A stretch of DNA of 32,000 nucleotides from Dickeya solani IPO 2222 (GCF_001644705.1 NZ_CP015137.1:2880001-2912000); one strand, 5' to 3'; counted from the first letter of the stretch, positions 7,826 through 17,544 are shown. Numbers and translations: made by a program. Notes: generated by a model not told the origin, from the sequence alone.

Positions 7826-7830
7826 TGTCC

Positions 7831-7891
7831 GCTTGTTTTGTGAATGGTTTGCTTGTTTTTCTGAATGATTTGCTTGTTTTCTGAATTAGTT
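7831..7891 (+). repeat. three tandem 20-21 bp direct repeats, GCTTGTTTT(N)TGAAT(N4)T
   Basis: R1 (7831-7850) is GCTTGTTTTGTGAATGGTTT. R2 (7851-7871) is GCTTGTTTTTCTGAATGATTT. R3 (7872-7891) is GCTTGTTTTCTGAATTAGTT. The copies are contiguous and lie between the gcvH terminator and the gcvP start. Confidence 0.9.
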
Positions 7892-7936
7892 AATTGTGCT
7901 GCACATCACTGTGCTAACTGCAGGAAATTCCCCCAC

Positions 7937-10810
7937 ATGACCCAGACTCTCAGTCAACTCGAACACGGCAGCGCCTTCACGGAGCGCCACATTGGCCCGT
8001 CGGCCGCTCAGCAACAGCAGATGCTGGCCGCTATCGGGGCGGATTCGCTGGACGGGCTTACCCGCCAGATCGTACCCGCCGATATCCAGTTGCCCCACCC
8101 GCCGGCGGTAGGCGACGCCGCCACCGAGTATCAGGCGTTGGCCGAACTGAAGGCGATCGCCGGGCGCAACCTGCGTTACAAAAGCTACATTGGCATGGGC
8201 TACCACGCGGTGCTGACGCCGCCGGTGATTCTGCGCAACGTGCTGGAAAACCCGGGCTGGTATACCGCTTATACGCCGTATCAGCCGGAAGTGTCGCAGG
8301 GGCGTCTGGAAGCGTTGCTGAATTTCCAGCAGGTGACGCAGGATCTGACCGGTCTGGAGCTGGCTTCCGCTTCGTTGCTGGATGAAGCGACCGCCGCCGC
8401 GGAAGCGATGGCGATGGCCAAACGTGTCAGCAAACTCAAGCAGGCAAACCGTTTCTTCGTCGCCGACGACGTGCATCCGCAGACGCTGGACGTGGTGCGC
8501 ACCCGCGCGCAGACCTTCGGCTTTGATATCGTTACCGGCAATGCCGCTGACGCCGTGAAGTATGACGACGTCTTCGGCGTGTTGCTGCAACAGACAGGCA
8601 CCAGCGGCGAGTTGCACGATTATCGCGCGCTGATGTCTGAGCTGAAAAACCGCAAAGTGATCATCAGCGTGGTGTCGGACATCATGGCGCTGGTGCTGCT
8701 GGACGCGCCGGGCAAACAGGGCGCCGACATTGTGCTGGGGTCCGCCCAGCGTTTCGGCGTACCGATGGGCTACGGCGGCCCGCACGCGGCGTTTTTCGCC
8801 TGTCGCGACGAATACAAACGCGCGATGCCGGGCCGTATTATCGGTGTTTCGCGCGATGCCGCCGGCAACACCGCGCTGCGCATGGCGATGCAGACCCGCG
8901 AACAGCACATTCGCCGCGAAAAAGCCAACTCCAACATCTGTACCTCGCAGGTACTGCTGGCCAACATTGCCGGCATGTACGCGGTGTATCACGGGCCGCA
9001 GGGGTTGAAACGCATTGCCGGGCGCATCCACCGCCTGGCCGACATTCTGGCTGCCGGGCTGACCCAACGCGGTCTGACGCTGCGCCATCAGCACTGGTTC
9101 GATACCCTGACCGTTGAGGTCGCCGATAAGGCGGCGGTACTGGGCCGCGCGCTGAGCGCCGGCATCAACCTGCGCGCCGATCTGGATGGCGCGGTCGGCA
9201 TCGCGCTGGATGAAACCACCAGCCGCTACGACGTGCTGGCGCTGTTCACCGTGTTGCTGGGCGACGATCACGGGTTGGATATCGATACGCTGGATGCGAC
9301 GGTCAGCCGCCAGTCGGCGTCAATCCCGGCGGCGTTGCTGCGCGGTGACGACATCCTGACTCACCCGGTATTCAACCAGTACCACAGCGAAACCGAAATG
9401 ATGCGCTATCTGCATCGTCTGGAAAGTAAGGATCTGGCGCTGAATCAGGCGATGATCCCGCTCGGCTCCTGCACCATGAAGCTCAACGCGGTGGCGGAAA
9501 TGCTGCCGATTACCTGGCCGGAATTCGCTGAACTGCACCCGTTCTGCCCGACCGAACAGGCGCTGGGTTACCGTCAACTGATCACGCAACTGTCCGACTG
9601 GCTGGTGCAACTGACCGGCTATGACGCGGTGTGTATGCAGCCGAACTCCGGCGCTCAGGGCGAATACGCCGGTCTGCTGGCGATCCGCCGTTATCACGAA
9701 AGCCGTAACGAAGGCGAGCGCAACCTCTGCCTGATCCCCAGTTCCGCCCACGGCACCAACCCGGCTTCCGCCCAGATGGCGGGGATGCAGGTGGTGGTGG
9801 TGGCCTGCGACAAGCAGGGCAATATCGACCTGCACGACCTGCGGGAAAAAGCGCAGCAGGCCGGCGATAAGCTCTCCTGCATCATGGTGACTTACCCGTC
9901 CACCCACGGGGTGTACGAAGAAACCATCCGCGAAGTGTGCCAGATCGTTCATCAGTACGGCGGCCAGGTGTATCTGGACGGCGCCAACATGAACGCGCAG
10001 GTAGGCATTACCTCGCCGGGTCACATCGGCGCGGACGTGTCGCACCTCAACTTGCATAAAACGTTTTGCATTCCGCACGGCGGCGGCGGCCCGGGTATGG
10101 GGCCGATCGGCGTGAAGGCGCATCTGGCGCCGTTTGTGCCGGGCCATCAGGTGGTGGCGATGGACGGCGTGCTGACTCGTCAGGGCGCGGTTTCCGCCGC
10201 GCCGTTCGGCAGCGCTTCCATCCTGCCGATCAGCTGGATGTACATCCGCATGATGGGCGCACACGGGCTGAAACAGGCCAGCCAACTGGCGATCCTGAAC
10301 GCCAACTACGTGGCGACGCGCCTGAAAGACGCTTATCCGGTGTTGTATACCGGGCGCGATGATCGCGTAGCGCACGAGTGCATTCTGGACATTCGTCCGC
10401 TGAAAGAGAGCACCGGCATCAGCGAGATGGATATCGCCAAGCGTTTGATCGACTACGGTTTCCATGCGCCAACCATGTCGTTCCCGGTGGCGGGTACGTT
10501 GATGATCGAGCCGACCGAGTCGGAAAGCAAAGTGGAACTGGACCGTTTCATCGACGCGATGCTGGCGATCCGTGCCGAGATCGACCGCGTGGCGGCGGGC
10601 GAATGGCCGCACGAAGACAATCCGCTGGTAAATGCGCCGCACACCCAAACCGAGCTGGCAGCCGACTGGTCGCATCCGTACAGCCGCGAGCTGGCGGTAT
10701 TCCCGGCCGGGCAGACCCATAAATACTGGCCGGCGGTGAAACGTCTGGATGACGTGTACGGCGACCGTAATCTGTTCTGCTCCTGCGTGCCGATGAGCGA
10801 GTACCAGTAA
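7937..10810 (+). CDS. gcvP: glycine dehydrogenase (decarboxylating), glycine cleavage P protein
   Basis: ORF 7865..10810. The E. coli GcvP N-terminus MTQTLSQLE aligns to the ATG at 7937, with AGGAAA 9 nt upstream. The product is 957 aa, with a near-identical core including [29 protein letters not shown] and the end CSCVP.SEYQ. Confidence 0.97.
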   Translation: MTQTLSQLEHGSAFTERHIGPSAAQQQQMLAAIGADSLDGLTRQIVPADIQLPHPPAVGDAATEYQALAELKAIAGRNLRYKSYIGMGYHAVLTPPVILRNVLENPGWYTAYTPYQPEVSQGRLEALLNFQQVTQDLTGLELASASLLDEATAAAEAMAMAKRVSKLKQANRFFVADDVHPQTLDVVRTRAQTFGFDIVTGNAADAVKYDDVFGVLLQQTGTSGELHDYRALMSELKNRKVIISVVSDIMALVLLDAPGKQGADIVLGSAQRFGVPMGYGGPHAAFFACRDEYKRAMPGRIIGVSRDAAGNTALRMAMQTREQHIRREKANSNICTSQVLLANIAGMYAVYHGPQGLKRIAGRIHRLADILAAGLTQRGLTLRHQHWFDTLTVEVADKAAVLGRALSAGINLRADLDGAVGIALDETTSRYDVLALFTVLLGDDHGLDIDTLDATVSRQSASIPAALLRGDDILTHPVFNQYHSETEMMRYLHRLESKDLALNQAMIPLGSCTMKLNAVAEMLPITWPEFAELHPFCPTEQALGYRQLITQLSDWLVQLTGYDAVCMQPNSGAQGEYAGLLAIRRYHESRNEGERNLCLIPSSAHGTNPASAQMAGMQVVVVACDKQGNIDLHDLREKAQQAGDKLSCIMVTYPSTHGVYEETIREVCQIVHQYGGQVYLDGANMNAQVGITSPGHIGADVSHLNLHKTFCIPHGGGGPGMGPIGVKAHLAPFVPGHQVVAMDGVLTRQGAVSAAPFGSASILPISWMYIRMMGAHGLKQASQLAILNANYVATRLKDAYPVLYTGRDDRVAHECILDIRPLKESTGISEMDIAKRLIDYGFHAPTMSFPVAGTLMIEPTESESKVELDRFIDAMLAIRAEIDRVAAGEWPHEDNPLVNAPHTQTELAADWSHPYSRELAVFPAGQTHKYWPAVKRLDDVYGDRNLFCSCVPMSEYQ

Positions 10811-10867
10811 GCGCGGTTTTTACAGTGTGAGTAACCGGAAGGCGGTGCGAGGGCCTCCTGATATAAG

Positions 10868-10899
10868 CGGGTGCGGCGTGAGCGGCGCCCGTTTTTTTT
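10868..10899 (+). terminator. gcvP intrinsic terminator
   Basis: CGGGTGC (10868-10874) pairs with GCGCCCG (10885-10891), including one G-U pair, followed by T8 (10892-10899). Confidence 0.8.
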
Positions 10900-10981
10900 G
10901 TCCGGCGTGGTAGAGTGGTCGCTCCTCCCCCTGAAAAATGAAGCGGGAGGCGAGGCAGAATTAATAGATGGCGGGAAAATC

Positions 10982-11632
10982 ATGTTAGGCATTCACGATA
11001 TTTCACTGTTTATCCTGTCCGGCATTTTGCTCAACATCATGCCGGGACCGGATTCGTTGCTGATTATGACCAAGAGTTCGTCGCAGGGATGGCGTGCGGG
11101 CTCGGCTGCGGCGCTGGGCATCGGTTCCGGCACGCTGGTGCATGTTCTGGCCGCGGCATTGGGGCTGTCCGCCATTCTGGCTACCTCGGCCACCGCGTTT
11201 ACGGTGGTGAAAGTGCTGGGGGCTGTCTATCTGGTGTATATCGGCGTGCAAGCGTTGCTGGATAAATCCGCTCACCGCGCTAATGCCGACAGCGATGTTT
11301 TGCCGGCCAACCGGCCTGTGCTTTCCATGCGGAGAATCTACTGGCAGGGGTTTCTCACCAACGTGCTAAACCCGAAAGTGGCGCTGTTCTTTCTGGCGTT
11401 CATGCCTCAGTTCATTGACCCGCAGGCGCCGCAGAAAGCGCTGGCGTTTATCGTTCTGGGATTGATCTTCAATTTCAACGGCATGCTGTGGTGTCACTTT
11501 CTGGCCGCGTCGACCGCGTTGGCCAGCAGCAAGCTGAAAGTCAGTAAAGCGGTGCGTTTCTGGCTGAATAAAACCATTGGCGTGCTGTTTATTTCACTGG
11601 GCGTGAAGCTGGCGATGACGGCAAAAAACTGA
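10982..11632 (+). CDS. LysE/RhtB-family amino-acid efflux protein
   Basis: ORF 10871..11632. The upstream part of the ORF overlaps the gcvP terminator, so the start is taken at the ATG at 10982 (MLGIHDISLFILSGILLNIMPGPDSL...). The PGP motif, about 216 aa length and six hydrophobic segments are typical of the family. Confidence 0.85.
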   Translation: MLGIHDISLFILSGILLNIMPGPDSLLIMTKSSSQGWRAGSAAALGIGSGTLVHVLAAALGLSAILATSATAFTVVKVLGAVYLVYIGVQALLDKSAHRANADSDVLPANRPVLSMRRIYWQGFLTNVLNPKVALFFLAFMPQFIDPQAPQKALAFIVLGLIFNFNGMLWCHFLAASTALASSKLKVSKAVRFWLNKTIGVLFISLGVKLAMTAKN

Positions 11633-11659
11633 CCGGTACAGACATTTTTGTTCGCCGAT

Positions 11660-11684
11660 ATGAGCGGCCTCTGGCGCCGCTCAT
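11660..11684. terminator. GC-rich hairpin in the convergent spacer (possible terminator, no clear U-tract)
   Basis: ATGAGCGGC (11660-11668) pairs with GCCGCTCAT (11676-11684) around a 7-nt loop. It lies between the LysE-family gene end (11632) and the HD-domain gene end (11703). Confidence 0.3.
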
Positions 11685-11702
11685 GCGGTTGGCGACGGTC
11701 AG

Positions 11703-12311
11703 TTATTTCAACCAGCCCTTCGCCTGCGCTTGTTCCAGGTGCTGTTTCAGATAGCTCCACAGCGCCGGGTTGATGTCGCTGATAAAGGCGTTGCGGCTCA
11801 ACACCTGCTCCAGCCGGATACCGTGCTCCACCCAGCTTTGGCCGCCGTTGTGCAGGTTCATCAGCACCGGCATTACGCGGTCGATCATCAGCGCGAAACG
11901 CGCTTCGGCGGTGTCTCCGGCTTCGTACTCGTGCCATAACGCCAGAAACTGGTCGCGCTGCGGTGGCGGCAGCAGGCCGAAAATGCGCACAGCGGCGGCT
12001 TGTTCCTGTTCCTGAATGGCTTCGCGGGCTTTCAGGTCATACACCAGCACGTCTCCGGCGTCGATCTCCACGATGTCGTGAATCAGCGCCATTTTCAGCA
12101 CGTGGTTGATGTCGATACCGTCATCGGCATAAGGCGCCAGGCTCATCACCGCGACGGCAAAATGCCAGCTGTGCTCTGCAGAGTCTTCCTGACGATCGGT
12201 GCCAATCACCTTGGAACGGCGCTGAACGCTCTTGAGTTTGTCGATTTCCATCAGAAACCGGACGACATCGGTCATGGGGCCGAAATCCAGTACGGGTAAA
12301 GCGAACGACAT
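11703..12311 (-). CDS. HD-domain metal-dependent phosphohydrolase (YfbR-like 5'-nucleotidase family)
   Basis: ORF 11703..12311 (-), 202 aa. The H...HD...D signature is present (EDSAEHSWHFAV, ALIHDIVEIDAGD). GGAG lies 8 nt upstream of the ATG. Confidence 0.8.
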   Translation of the reverse strand: MSFALPVLDFGPMTDVVRFLMEIDKLKSVQRRSKVIGTDRQEDSAEHSWHFAVAVMSLAPYADDGIDINHVLKMALIHDIVEIDAGDVLVYDLKAREAIQEQEQAAAVRIFGLLPPPQRDQFLALWHEYEAGDTAEARFALMIDRVMPVLMNLHNGGQSWVEHGIRLEQVLSRNAFISDINPALWSYLKQHLEQAQAKGWLK

Positions 12312-12520
12312 CCGTTAATCTCCTGCAATAAAGAGGCTCTATTGTAGGGGATGCGCCATAAGATGAACATGCAAGAATACCGTCTGAACGCCGCTGATTT
12401 TTATTTTAGCGTACAGGTGTACACTGGAATTATTCTTAGTTAAGCTGCTCAAAGCTTGCTCAGCGTGGCAGGGAAGGCCGCCGCTGCGGGCGTACGGTAA
12501 GTGTGGGACAAGAGGTTGTC

Positions 12521-13171
12521 ATGAAGAAAAAAATGGGGGAGTCGGGGTATACGCTGGCGGAAGAAATCGCCAACAGTATCAGCCATGGAGTCGGTTTTGT
12601 CTTTGGGATTGTCGGGCTGGTGTTATTACTGGTGCAGGCGGTGGACAACGGGGCCACTTCTCTGGCTATCACCAGCTACAGTCTGTATGGCGGCAGCCTG
12701 ATTTTGCTGTTTCTCGCATCAACGTTGTATCACGCCATTCCTCATCAGCGCGCAAAACGCTGGCTGAAGAAATTCGATCACTGCGCTATCTATCTGCTGA
12801 TTGCCGGAACCTATACGCCTTTTCTGCTGGTGGGGCTCAATTCGCCGCTGGCGCGCGGACTGATGATCACTATCTGGAGCCTGGCGCTGCTGGGCGTCAT
12901 ATTCAAGCTGGCGTTTGCGCACCGGTTTAAAATGCTGTCGCTGATGACCTATCTGGTGATGGGTTGGCTGTCGCTGATTGTTATTTATCAACTGGCGATG
13001 AAACTGTCCGCCGGCGGAGTGACGCTGTTGGCGATCGGCGGCGCGGTGTATACGCTGGGCGTGGTGTTTTACGTTTGCAAGCGTATACCGTTCAATCACG
13101 CCATCTGGCATGGGTTTGTGCTGGGAGGCAGTGTGTGCCACTTTTTGGCTATCTACCTGTATGTGGGATAA
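12521..13171 (+). CDS. yqfA: hemolysin-III / PAQR-family inner-membrane protein
   Basis: ORF 12503..13171. It is collinear with E. coli YqfA as recalled ([97 protein letters not shown]). AGAGG lies 6 nt upstream of the ATG at 12521. Confidence 0.9.
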   Translation: MKKKMGESGYTLAEEIANSISHGVGFVFGIVGLVLLLVQAVDNGATSLAITSYSLYGGSLILLFLASTLYHAIPHQRAKRWLKKFDHCAIYLLIAGTYTPFLLVGLNSPLARGLMITIWSLALLGVIFKLAFAHRFKMLSLMTYLVMGWLSLIVIYQLAMKLSAGGVTLLAIGGAVYTLGVVFYVCKRIPFNHAIWHGFVLGGSVCHFLAIYLYVG

Positions 13172-13199
13172 CCCGTACGGATATCGCCGTCAGTCGGAT

Positions 13200-13234
13200 A
13201 AGCATCAGGGAGCCGTGGCATCCCCGATGCTTTT
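13200..13234 (+). terminator. probable yqfA terminator
   Basis: AAGCATCAGGGA (13200-13211) pairs with TCCCCGATGCTT (13221-13232) with one mismatch around a 9-nt loop. The run TTTT overlaps the 3' arm. Confidence 0.5.
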
Positions 13235-13244
13235 GCGGGACTGA

Positions 13245-14225
13245 TTACTCTTCCAGAGAATAAGGCAACGGCTGAATGGCGAGCTGGCTGCCGCTGTCGT
13301 CGCGCACCCGCAGCACGCTGTCAGCCTCCAGATCGTTGTTCAGCACTGCCTGAACCCACAACGTGCCGTCATGCAGCTGGCTTGCCGCCAGCACGGTGCC
13401 GGTACGGCGCCAGTTATCGCCGAGTTTCAATTCCAGCTCATCACCCGCTGCGGGTGCCTGCGCGCCAGTGCCCGCCAGCCAGTACAGCGCGCGTTTGTTG
13501 GCGCCGCGGTATTTGGCGCGCGCGACCATCTCCTGACCGGCATAGCACCCTTTGGTGAAGCTAATGCCTTGCAGCGCCTGTAAGTTGGTGGCTTGTGGAA
13601 TGAACTGTGCGCTGTTGACGCTGTCAATAATGGGCTGCCCGGCCGCGATGTCCAGCGCCTGCCATTGGCGGCTGTCGTTGAGTTTGGCGCTGGGTTGCAG
13701 CGTTTCGATGAGCGCGGCGGCGCGTTGCGCATCCAGCACCAGCAGGAAACGTTCGGAGGGGTGGGCCAGATGCAGCAGCGTCGCTCCCGGTTGCTGCACC
13801 ACGGCGTTATCGGCGTCGGGCAGCGCATCGAACAAGGGTGCCAGATGCGCACGGATGTCGAGACCGGCGGCGCCCAGCAACACGACGTTGTCGTCGGCCG
13901 CGATAGTGGTTTTGGAGAAGACCGCGTATTTTTTCAGCTCCGCCAACTGGGTATCCCGCACGCTGCGGCGCTCCAGATAAGCCAGCCCGTCGCCATAATG
14001 GAACAGGCGCACATTGCTCCACATCTTCCCTTTGGCGTCGCAGTGGGCGCAGAGCACGTGCTGACCGGCCTGCAAGGCATCGACGTCGGCCGTAAGCTGG
14101 CCCTGAAGGTATTTGACCGTGTCCGGCCCGGTCAGGGTGACCAGCGCCCAGTCATCCAGCGATATCAGGGTAGCGGGCAGTTGAGCAGAAGAAAACAGCG
14201 GTTGTGCGGTAAACGGATGAGCCAT
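13245..14225 (-). CDS. ygfZ: folate-binding Fe-S cluster repair / tRNA-modification protein YgfZ
   Basis: ORF 13245..14279 (-). By alignment to E. coli YgfZ the start is the ATG at 14225 ([11 protein letters not shown]...). Conserved blocks include [60 protein letters not shown] and the end PLPYSLEE. Confidence 0.93.
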   Translation of the reverse strand: MAHPFTAQPLFSSAQLPATLISLDDWALVTLTGPDTVKYLQGQLTADVDALQAGQHVLCAHCDAKGKMWSNVRLFHYGDGLAYLERRSVRDTQLAELKKYAVFSKTTIAADDNVVLLGAAGLDIRAHLAPLFDALPDADNAVVQQPGATLLHLAHPSERFLLVLDAQRAAALIETLQPSAKLNDSRQWQALDIAAGQPIIDSVNSAQFIPQATNLQALQGISFTKGCYAGQEMVARAKYRGANKRALYWLAGTGAQAPAAGDELELKLGDNWRRTGTVLAASQLHDGTLWVQAVLNNDLEADSVLRVRDDSGSQLAIQPLPYSLEE

Positions 14226-14531
14226 ATTACAATCCTGCGATGCGTAACAGCGAATGACCCAATGGTAAAAGAGCGACAACGGTTTGCAAGCAGTTTAGGC
14301 TGTGTTCCGCCATCAGGCGGCGAACGGCGGAACAGAAGGCGGGCGAGAAGGCAAAATGAATGGTCTAATCGTGCGATATGCTGCGCATCTGTGAAATAGT
14401 ACACGCGATAGTACGCGAAAATATGTCAAAGTGTTACTATTAGTCGAAGGCCATCAGGTAGAATAGGGTTACACCGACGGTCATCATCAACCTGCGCGGA
14501 TAACCATACAGAAGAAGTGGGCGAAATGAAC

Positions 14532-14798
14532 ATGGACATCAATAACAAATCACGTATTCACTGGGCGTGCAGACGCGGAATGCGTGAACTGGATATCTCC
14601 ATCATGCCGTTTTTCGAGCATGAGTACGACACGCTGAGCGACGACGACAAGCAGCATTTCATCCGTCTGTTGCAGTGCGACGATCCCGACTTGTTCAACT
14701 GGCTGATGAACCATGGCGAGCCGGTGGATCCGGAGCTGAAACGTATGGTTTCCCTTATTCAGACGCGAAATAAAGACCGTGGCCCAGTGGCAATGTGA
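14532..14798 (+). CDS. sdhE: FAD assembly factor SdhE (YgfY/CptB)
   Basis: ORF 14517..14798. The E. coli SdhE N-terminus [33 protein letters not shown] aligns to the ATG at 14532. The ATG at 14526 is an alternative start. Confidence 0.93.
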   Translation: MDINNKSRIHWACRRGMRELDISIMPFFEHEYDTLSDDDKQHFIRLLQCDDPDLFNWLMNHGEPVDPELKRMVSLIQTRNKDRGPVAM

Positions 14799-15210
14799 TT
14801 TACGCGTATCCTGGCGCATGCAGTTGTTTTCGCTGCTGACGCACGGGTTTCTGGTGCTGATGATCCTGCTGGCGCCCTGGCCGGACGGCTATGCGCCGCT
14901 GTGGCTGGGGTTGGTGACGCTGGTGGTGTTCGGTTTCGTGCGCAGTCAGCGCATCATTAAGTCGCGTCAGGGGGAAATTTCCCTGCATGGGGAAAACCAA
15001 CTGCACTGGCAGCAGCGTGACTGGCAGATAGCCCGGCGACCGTGGGTGATGCGCAACGGCGTGTTGCTGTCGTTGCGGGCGACGACTGGCAAAGGGCATC
15101 AGCGTCTGTGGCTGGCGTCAGACAGTATGGGCAATGAAGAGTGGCGGCTGTTGCGCCAGCTGTTGCAGCAGCACCCGCTGCAGGGAACGGAATCTTCCCG
15201 CCATCATTAA
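14779..15210 (+). CDS. ygfX: inner-membrane protein YgfX (CptA)
   Basis: The GTG at 14779 gives [13 protein letters not shown]..., matching E. coli YgfX MVLWQSDLRVSWR. Shared motifs include SQR.I..RQGEI, LWLA.DSM and EWR.LR. It overlaps the sdhE 3' end by 20 nt. Confidence 0.85.
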   Translation: MAQWQCDLRVSWRMQLFSLLTHGFLVLMILLAPWPDGYAPLWLGLVTLVVFGFVRSQRIIKSRQGEISLHGENQLHWQQRDWQIARRPWVMRNGVLLSLRATTGKGHQRLWLASDSMGNEEWRLLRQLLQQHPLQGTESSRHH

Positions 15211-15242
15211 GGCTGCCGGCGGGAGCCGCATCAAATCGGCAT

Positions 15243-15286
15243 CAGGCGTTGCATTAATGTCACGAATGTCATGCACACAACGCCTG
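15243..15286. other. 9-bp stem hairpin with a 26-nt loop in the ygfX/fldB convergent spacer
   Basis: CAGGCGTTG (15243-15251) pairs with CAACGCCTG (15278-15286). The loop contains ATGTCA-CGA-ATGTCA. There is no adjacent U-tract. Confidence 0.35.
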
Positions 15287-15309
15287 AACGCCAACCCTGG
15301 CGTAGCACG

Positions 15310-15828
15310 TCAGAGTAACTCCGCCATTTCGTGCAGGATCTGCTCGCACCACTGTTGAATCCGCTCGTCGCTCATGTCGTACTGATTCACTTCATCCAGC
15401 GCCAGACCAACAAAGTGCTTACCGTCTTCTGTTACCGGTTTCGGGCTGGTGAAGTCGTAGCCTGCGGTCGGCCAGTAGCCGATAAAACGCACGCCCAGCG
15501 GCTTGAGCTGGTCATGCAGCATGCCGAGCGCGTCCAGAAACCATTCGCTGTACCCCAACTGGTCGCCCATGCCGTAGAGCGCGACAATCTTACCTTTCAG
15601 ATTCAGCGCCGACAGCTGCGCCCAGATAGCTTCCCAGTCTTCCTGAATTTCACCGAAGTCCCAGGTGGGGATGCCAAGAATCAGCGTCTCGTAGTTTTCC
15701 ATTTCCCGGGGCGCAACGTCTTTTACGTTGTGCAGGTCTACCAGCTCCTCGCCCAGAATGTCGCGGATTTTCTCCGCCGCCATCTCGGTGTAGCAGGTGC
15801 TGGTGCCGTAAAAAAGTCCTATCTTCAT
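15310..15828 (-). CDS. fldB: flavodoxin 2
   Basis: ORF 15310..15828 (-), 172 aa. It is collinear with E. coli FldB ([65 protein letters not shown]). Confidence 0.95.
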   Translation of the reverse strand: MKIGLFYGTSTCYTEMAAEKIRDILGEELVDLHNVKDVAPREMENYETLILGIPTWDFGEIQEDWEAIWAQLSALNLKGKIVALYGMGDQLGYSEWFLDALGMLHDQLKPLGVRFIGYWPTAGYDFTSPKPVTEDGKHFVGLALDEVNQYDMSDERIQQWCEQILHEMAELL

Positions 15829-15922
15829 AAGTATCTGATCGTGATTGCATCAATAAAGGCGGTATCGCAGAGCGTTTAGCCTAACGGAATATCACAGGGT
15901 CGTACAGGGCGGGAGCGGAAGA

Positions 15923-15949
15923 AGGGATGAAGGCGGCGCCTTCATCCCT
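15923..15949 (-). terminator. probable terminator of the MFS transporter gene
   Basis: AGGGATGAAGGCG pairs with CGCCTTCATCCCT as a near-perfect 12-13 bp palindrome (15923-15949), starting 8 nt beyond the MFS stop codon. On the minus strand it is followed by the pyrimidine-rich TCTTCCGCTCC, a weak U-tract. Confidence 0.5.
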
Positions 15950-15956
15950 ACACGAC

Positions 15957-17282
15957 TTAACCGAGAGACTGGTGGCGGGTTTCCTTCGTCAACAACAAGG
16001 CGATCAGCGTCAGTGACGCCATCGCGGCGAGGTAAACGCCCACGTAGAACAGCCCGTAATGGCTGGTCAGCCAGGCGGCGATGTACGGCGCCACGGACGC
16101 TCCCAGAATAGAGGAGACGTTATAGGAGAACGAGGCGCCGGTATAACGCACTTCGGTCGGGAACAGTTCCGGCAGCAGCGCGCCCATTGGGCCGAAGGTC
16201 AATCCCATCAGGCTCAGGCCGCATACCAGAAACGCCATAATCAGCGTCTGGTTGCCGGAGCCCAGTAACGACGGGAACGCCATGGCGAACACCAGCATGA
16301 TGCAGGTCACGGTGATCATGGTCTTGCGACGGCCGACCACGTCAGCCAGATAGCCTGCCACCGGGATCGTCAAACCGAACCCGATCACCGCCATCATCAG
16401 CATCCACAGAAAGTTGTTGCGCGGAATGCCAAGCCCGGCCGGCGCCGGAGTGGTGCCGTAGGTCATGGAGTAGACGGTCATGATGTAAAACAGAGTGTAG
16501 GTCGCCAGCATGATGAAGGTGCCCAGAATGGTGGCTTTCACATGTTTGCTCAGCAGGGTGCCCAGCGGCACGCGCACCTGTTTCCCTTCTTTGGCGACTT
16601 TGGCGAATACCGGGGTTTCGTGCAGCGATACGCGCACGTACAGGCCGATGATCACCAGCACGGCAGACGCGATGAACGGCACACGCCATCCCCAGCTCAT
16701 GAACTGCTCGTTGGTCAGTACCCAGGACAGCAGCAGGAAGGTGCCGTTAGCGAAGAAGAAGCCGATCGGCGCGCCCAACTGCGGGAAGGAGCCGTACAGC
16801 GCGCGTTTGTTGGCCGGGGCGTTTTCCGTCGCCAGCAGCGCCGCGCCGCCCCATTCGCCGCCGAGGCCAAGCCCCTGGCCGAAACGGGCCAGCGCCAGCA
16901 GCAACGGAGCCAGTACGCCGATGGTTTCATAGCTCGGCAGCAGACCGATCAAGACGGTGGAGATCCCCATGGTCAGCAGCGACGCGACCAGCGTCACCTT
17001 GCGGCCGACACGGTCGCCGAAGTGGCCGAATAGCGCGGAGCCGATCGGGCGCGCTACAAACGCGATGGCGAAGGTTGCCAGCGATTGCAGCGTGGCGGCG
17101 GTAGCGTCACCCTGCGGGAAGAAGATGTGCGGAAATATCAGCACGGCAGCGGTAGCATAAATGTAAAAATCGAAGAATTCGATGGCGGTGCCGATCAGTG
17201 AGGCGACCACCACTTTGTTGCGCGAGTTTACTGGCGCATCTGGTGTTTGATTATCAATAGTGGATGAGATGGAGGCTTGCAT
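15957..17282 (-). CDS. MFS transporter, metabolite:H+ symporter (MHS) family, YhjE-like
   Basis: ORF 15957..17282 (-), 441 aa with 12 hydrophobic segments. MHS signatures are present (IEFFDFYIY, FGHFGDRVGRK, GQGLGLGGEWGGAALLATENAP..KRA, WGWRVPF). It closely resembles E. coli YhjE as I recall it. Confidence 0.9.
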   Translation of the reverse strand: MQASISSTIDNQTPDAPVNSRNKVVVASLIGTAIEFFDFYIYATAAVLIFPHIFFPQGDATAATLQSLATFAIAFVARPIGSALFGHFGDRVGRKVTLVASLLTMGISTVLIGLLPSYETIGVLAPLLLALARFGQGLGLGGEWGGAALLATENAPANKRALYGSFPQLGAPIGFFFANGTFLLLSWVLTNEQFMSWGWRVPFIASAVLVIIGLYVRVSLHETPVFAKVAKEGKQVRVPLGTLLSKHVKATILGTFIMLATYTLFYIMTVYSMTYGTTPAPAGLGIPRNNFLWMLMMAVIGFGLTIPVAGYLADVVGRRKTMITVTCIMLVFAMAFPSLLGSGNQTLIMAFLVCGLSLMGLTFGPMGALLPELFPTEVRYTGASFSYNVSSILGASVAPYIAAWLTSHYGLFYVGVYLAAMASLTLIALLLTKETRHQSLG

Positions 17283-17316
17283 AGTTTTTTGCTTTTTTGT
17301 AACACACGGACCCGCA

Positions 17317-17330
17317 TTCTATGCATAGAA
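17317..17330. promoter_or_regulatory. perfect 14-bp palindrome TTCTATGCATAGAA upstream of the MFS gene (candidate operator)
   Basis: Positions 17317-17330 are self-complementary. The palindrome lies 35 nt upstream of the MFS start codon (17282, minus strand) in the MFS/xerD divergent region. Confidence 0.3.
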
Positions 17331-17544
17331 AAAAGTTCTTTTCAAACCAGCGCCGCGACTGACGCCGGCCCTTGCGGCAAAGGCATTCCGGGATACGCTG
17401 GAATAAGAAAATATAATCCCTTCCGCGCTTCGTTTTGCCACAGGATGTGATGAAGTTGAGAATGATTACCGAATTGTACCCCGAACATACTCTGTGAGGC
17501 ATAATGGCGGGATGGAGCCGTTGGCGGCATGACGGGAGAGAGTG

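Noticed and set aside
7865-7936. N-terminal extension of gcvP suggested by the ORF track (start 7865)
   Set aside because: The extension covers the repeat array and spacer. The orthologue N-terminus MTQTLSQLE and an AGGAAA ribosome-binding site fit the ATG at 7937.
7886-10720. 461-aa and 466-aa ORFs antisense to gcvP
   Set aside because: These are shadow ORFs opposite a near-identical GcvP orthologue. They are low-complexity Arg/Gln/His-rich translations.
10871-10981. N-terminal extension of the LysE-family ORF
   Set aside because: It overlaps the gcvP terminator hairpin and T8 run. The family-typical N-terminus begins at 10982.
17254-17502. 82-aa Cys-containing ORF (minus) in the MFS-xerD spacer
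   Set aside because: It overlaps the MFS gene start out of frame. It has no ribosome-binding site that I could see, its codon usage is AT-rich and unlike neighbouring genes, and its Cys spacing does not form a convincing zinc-ribbon pattern.
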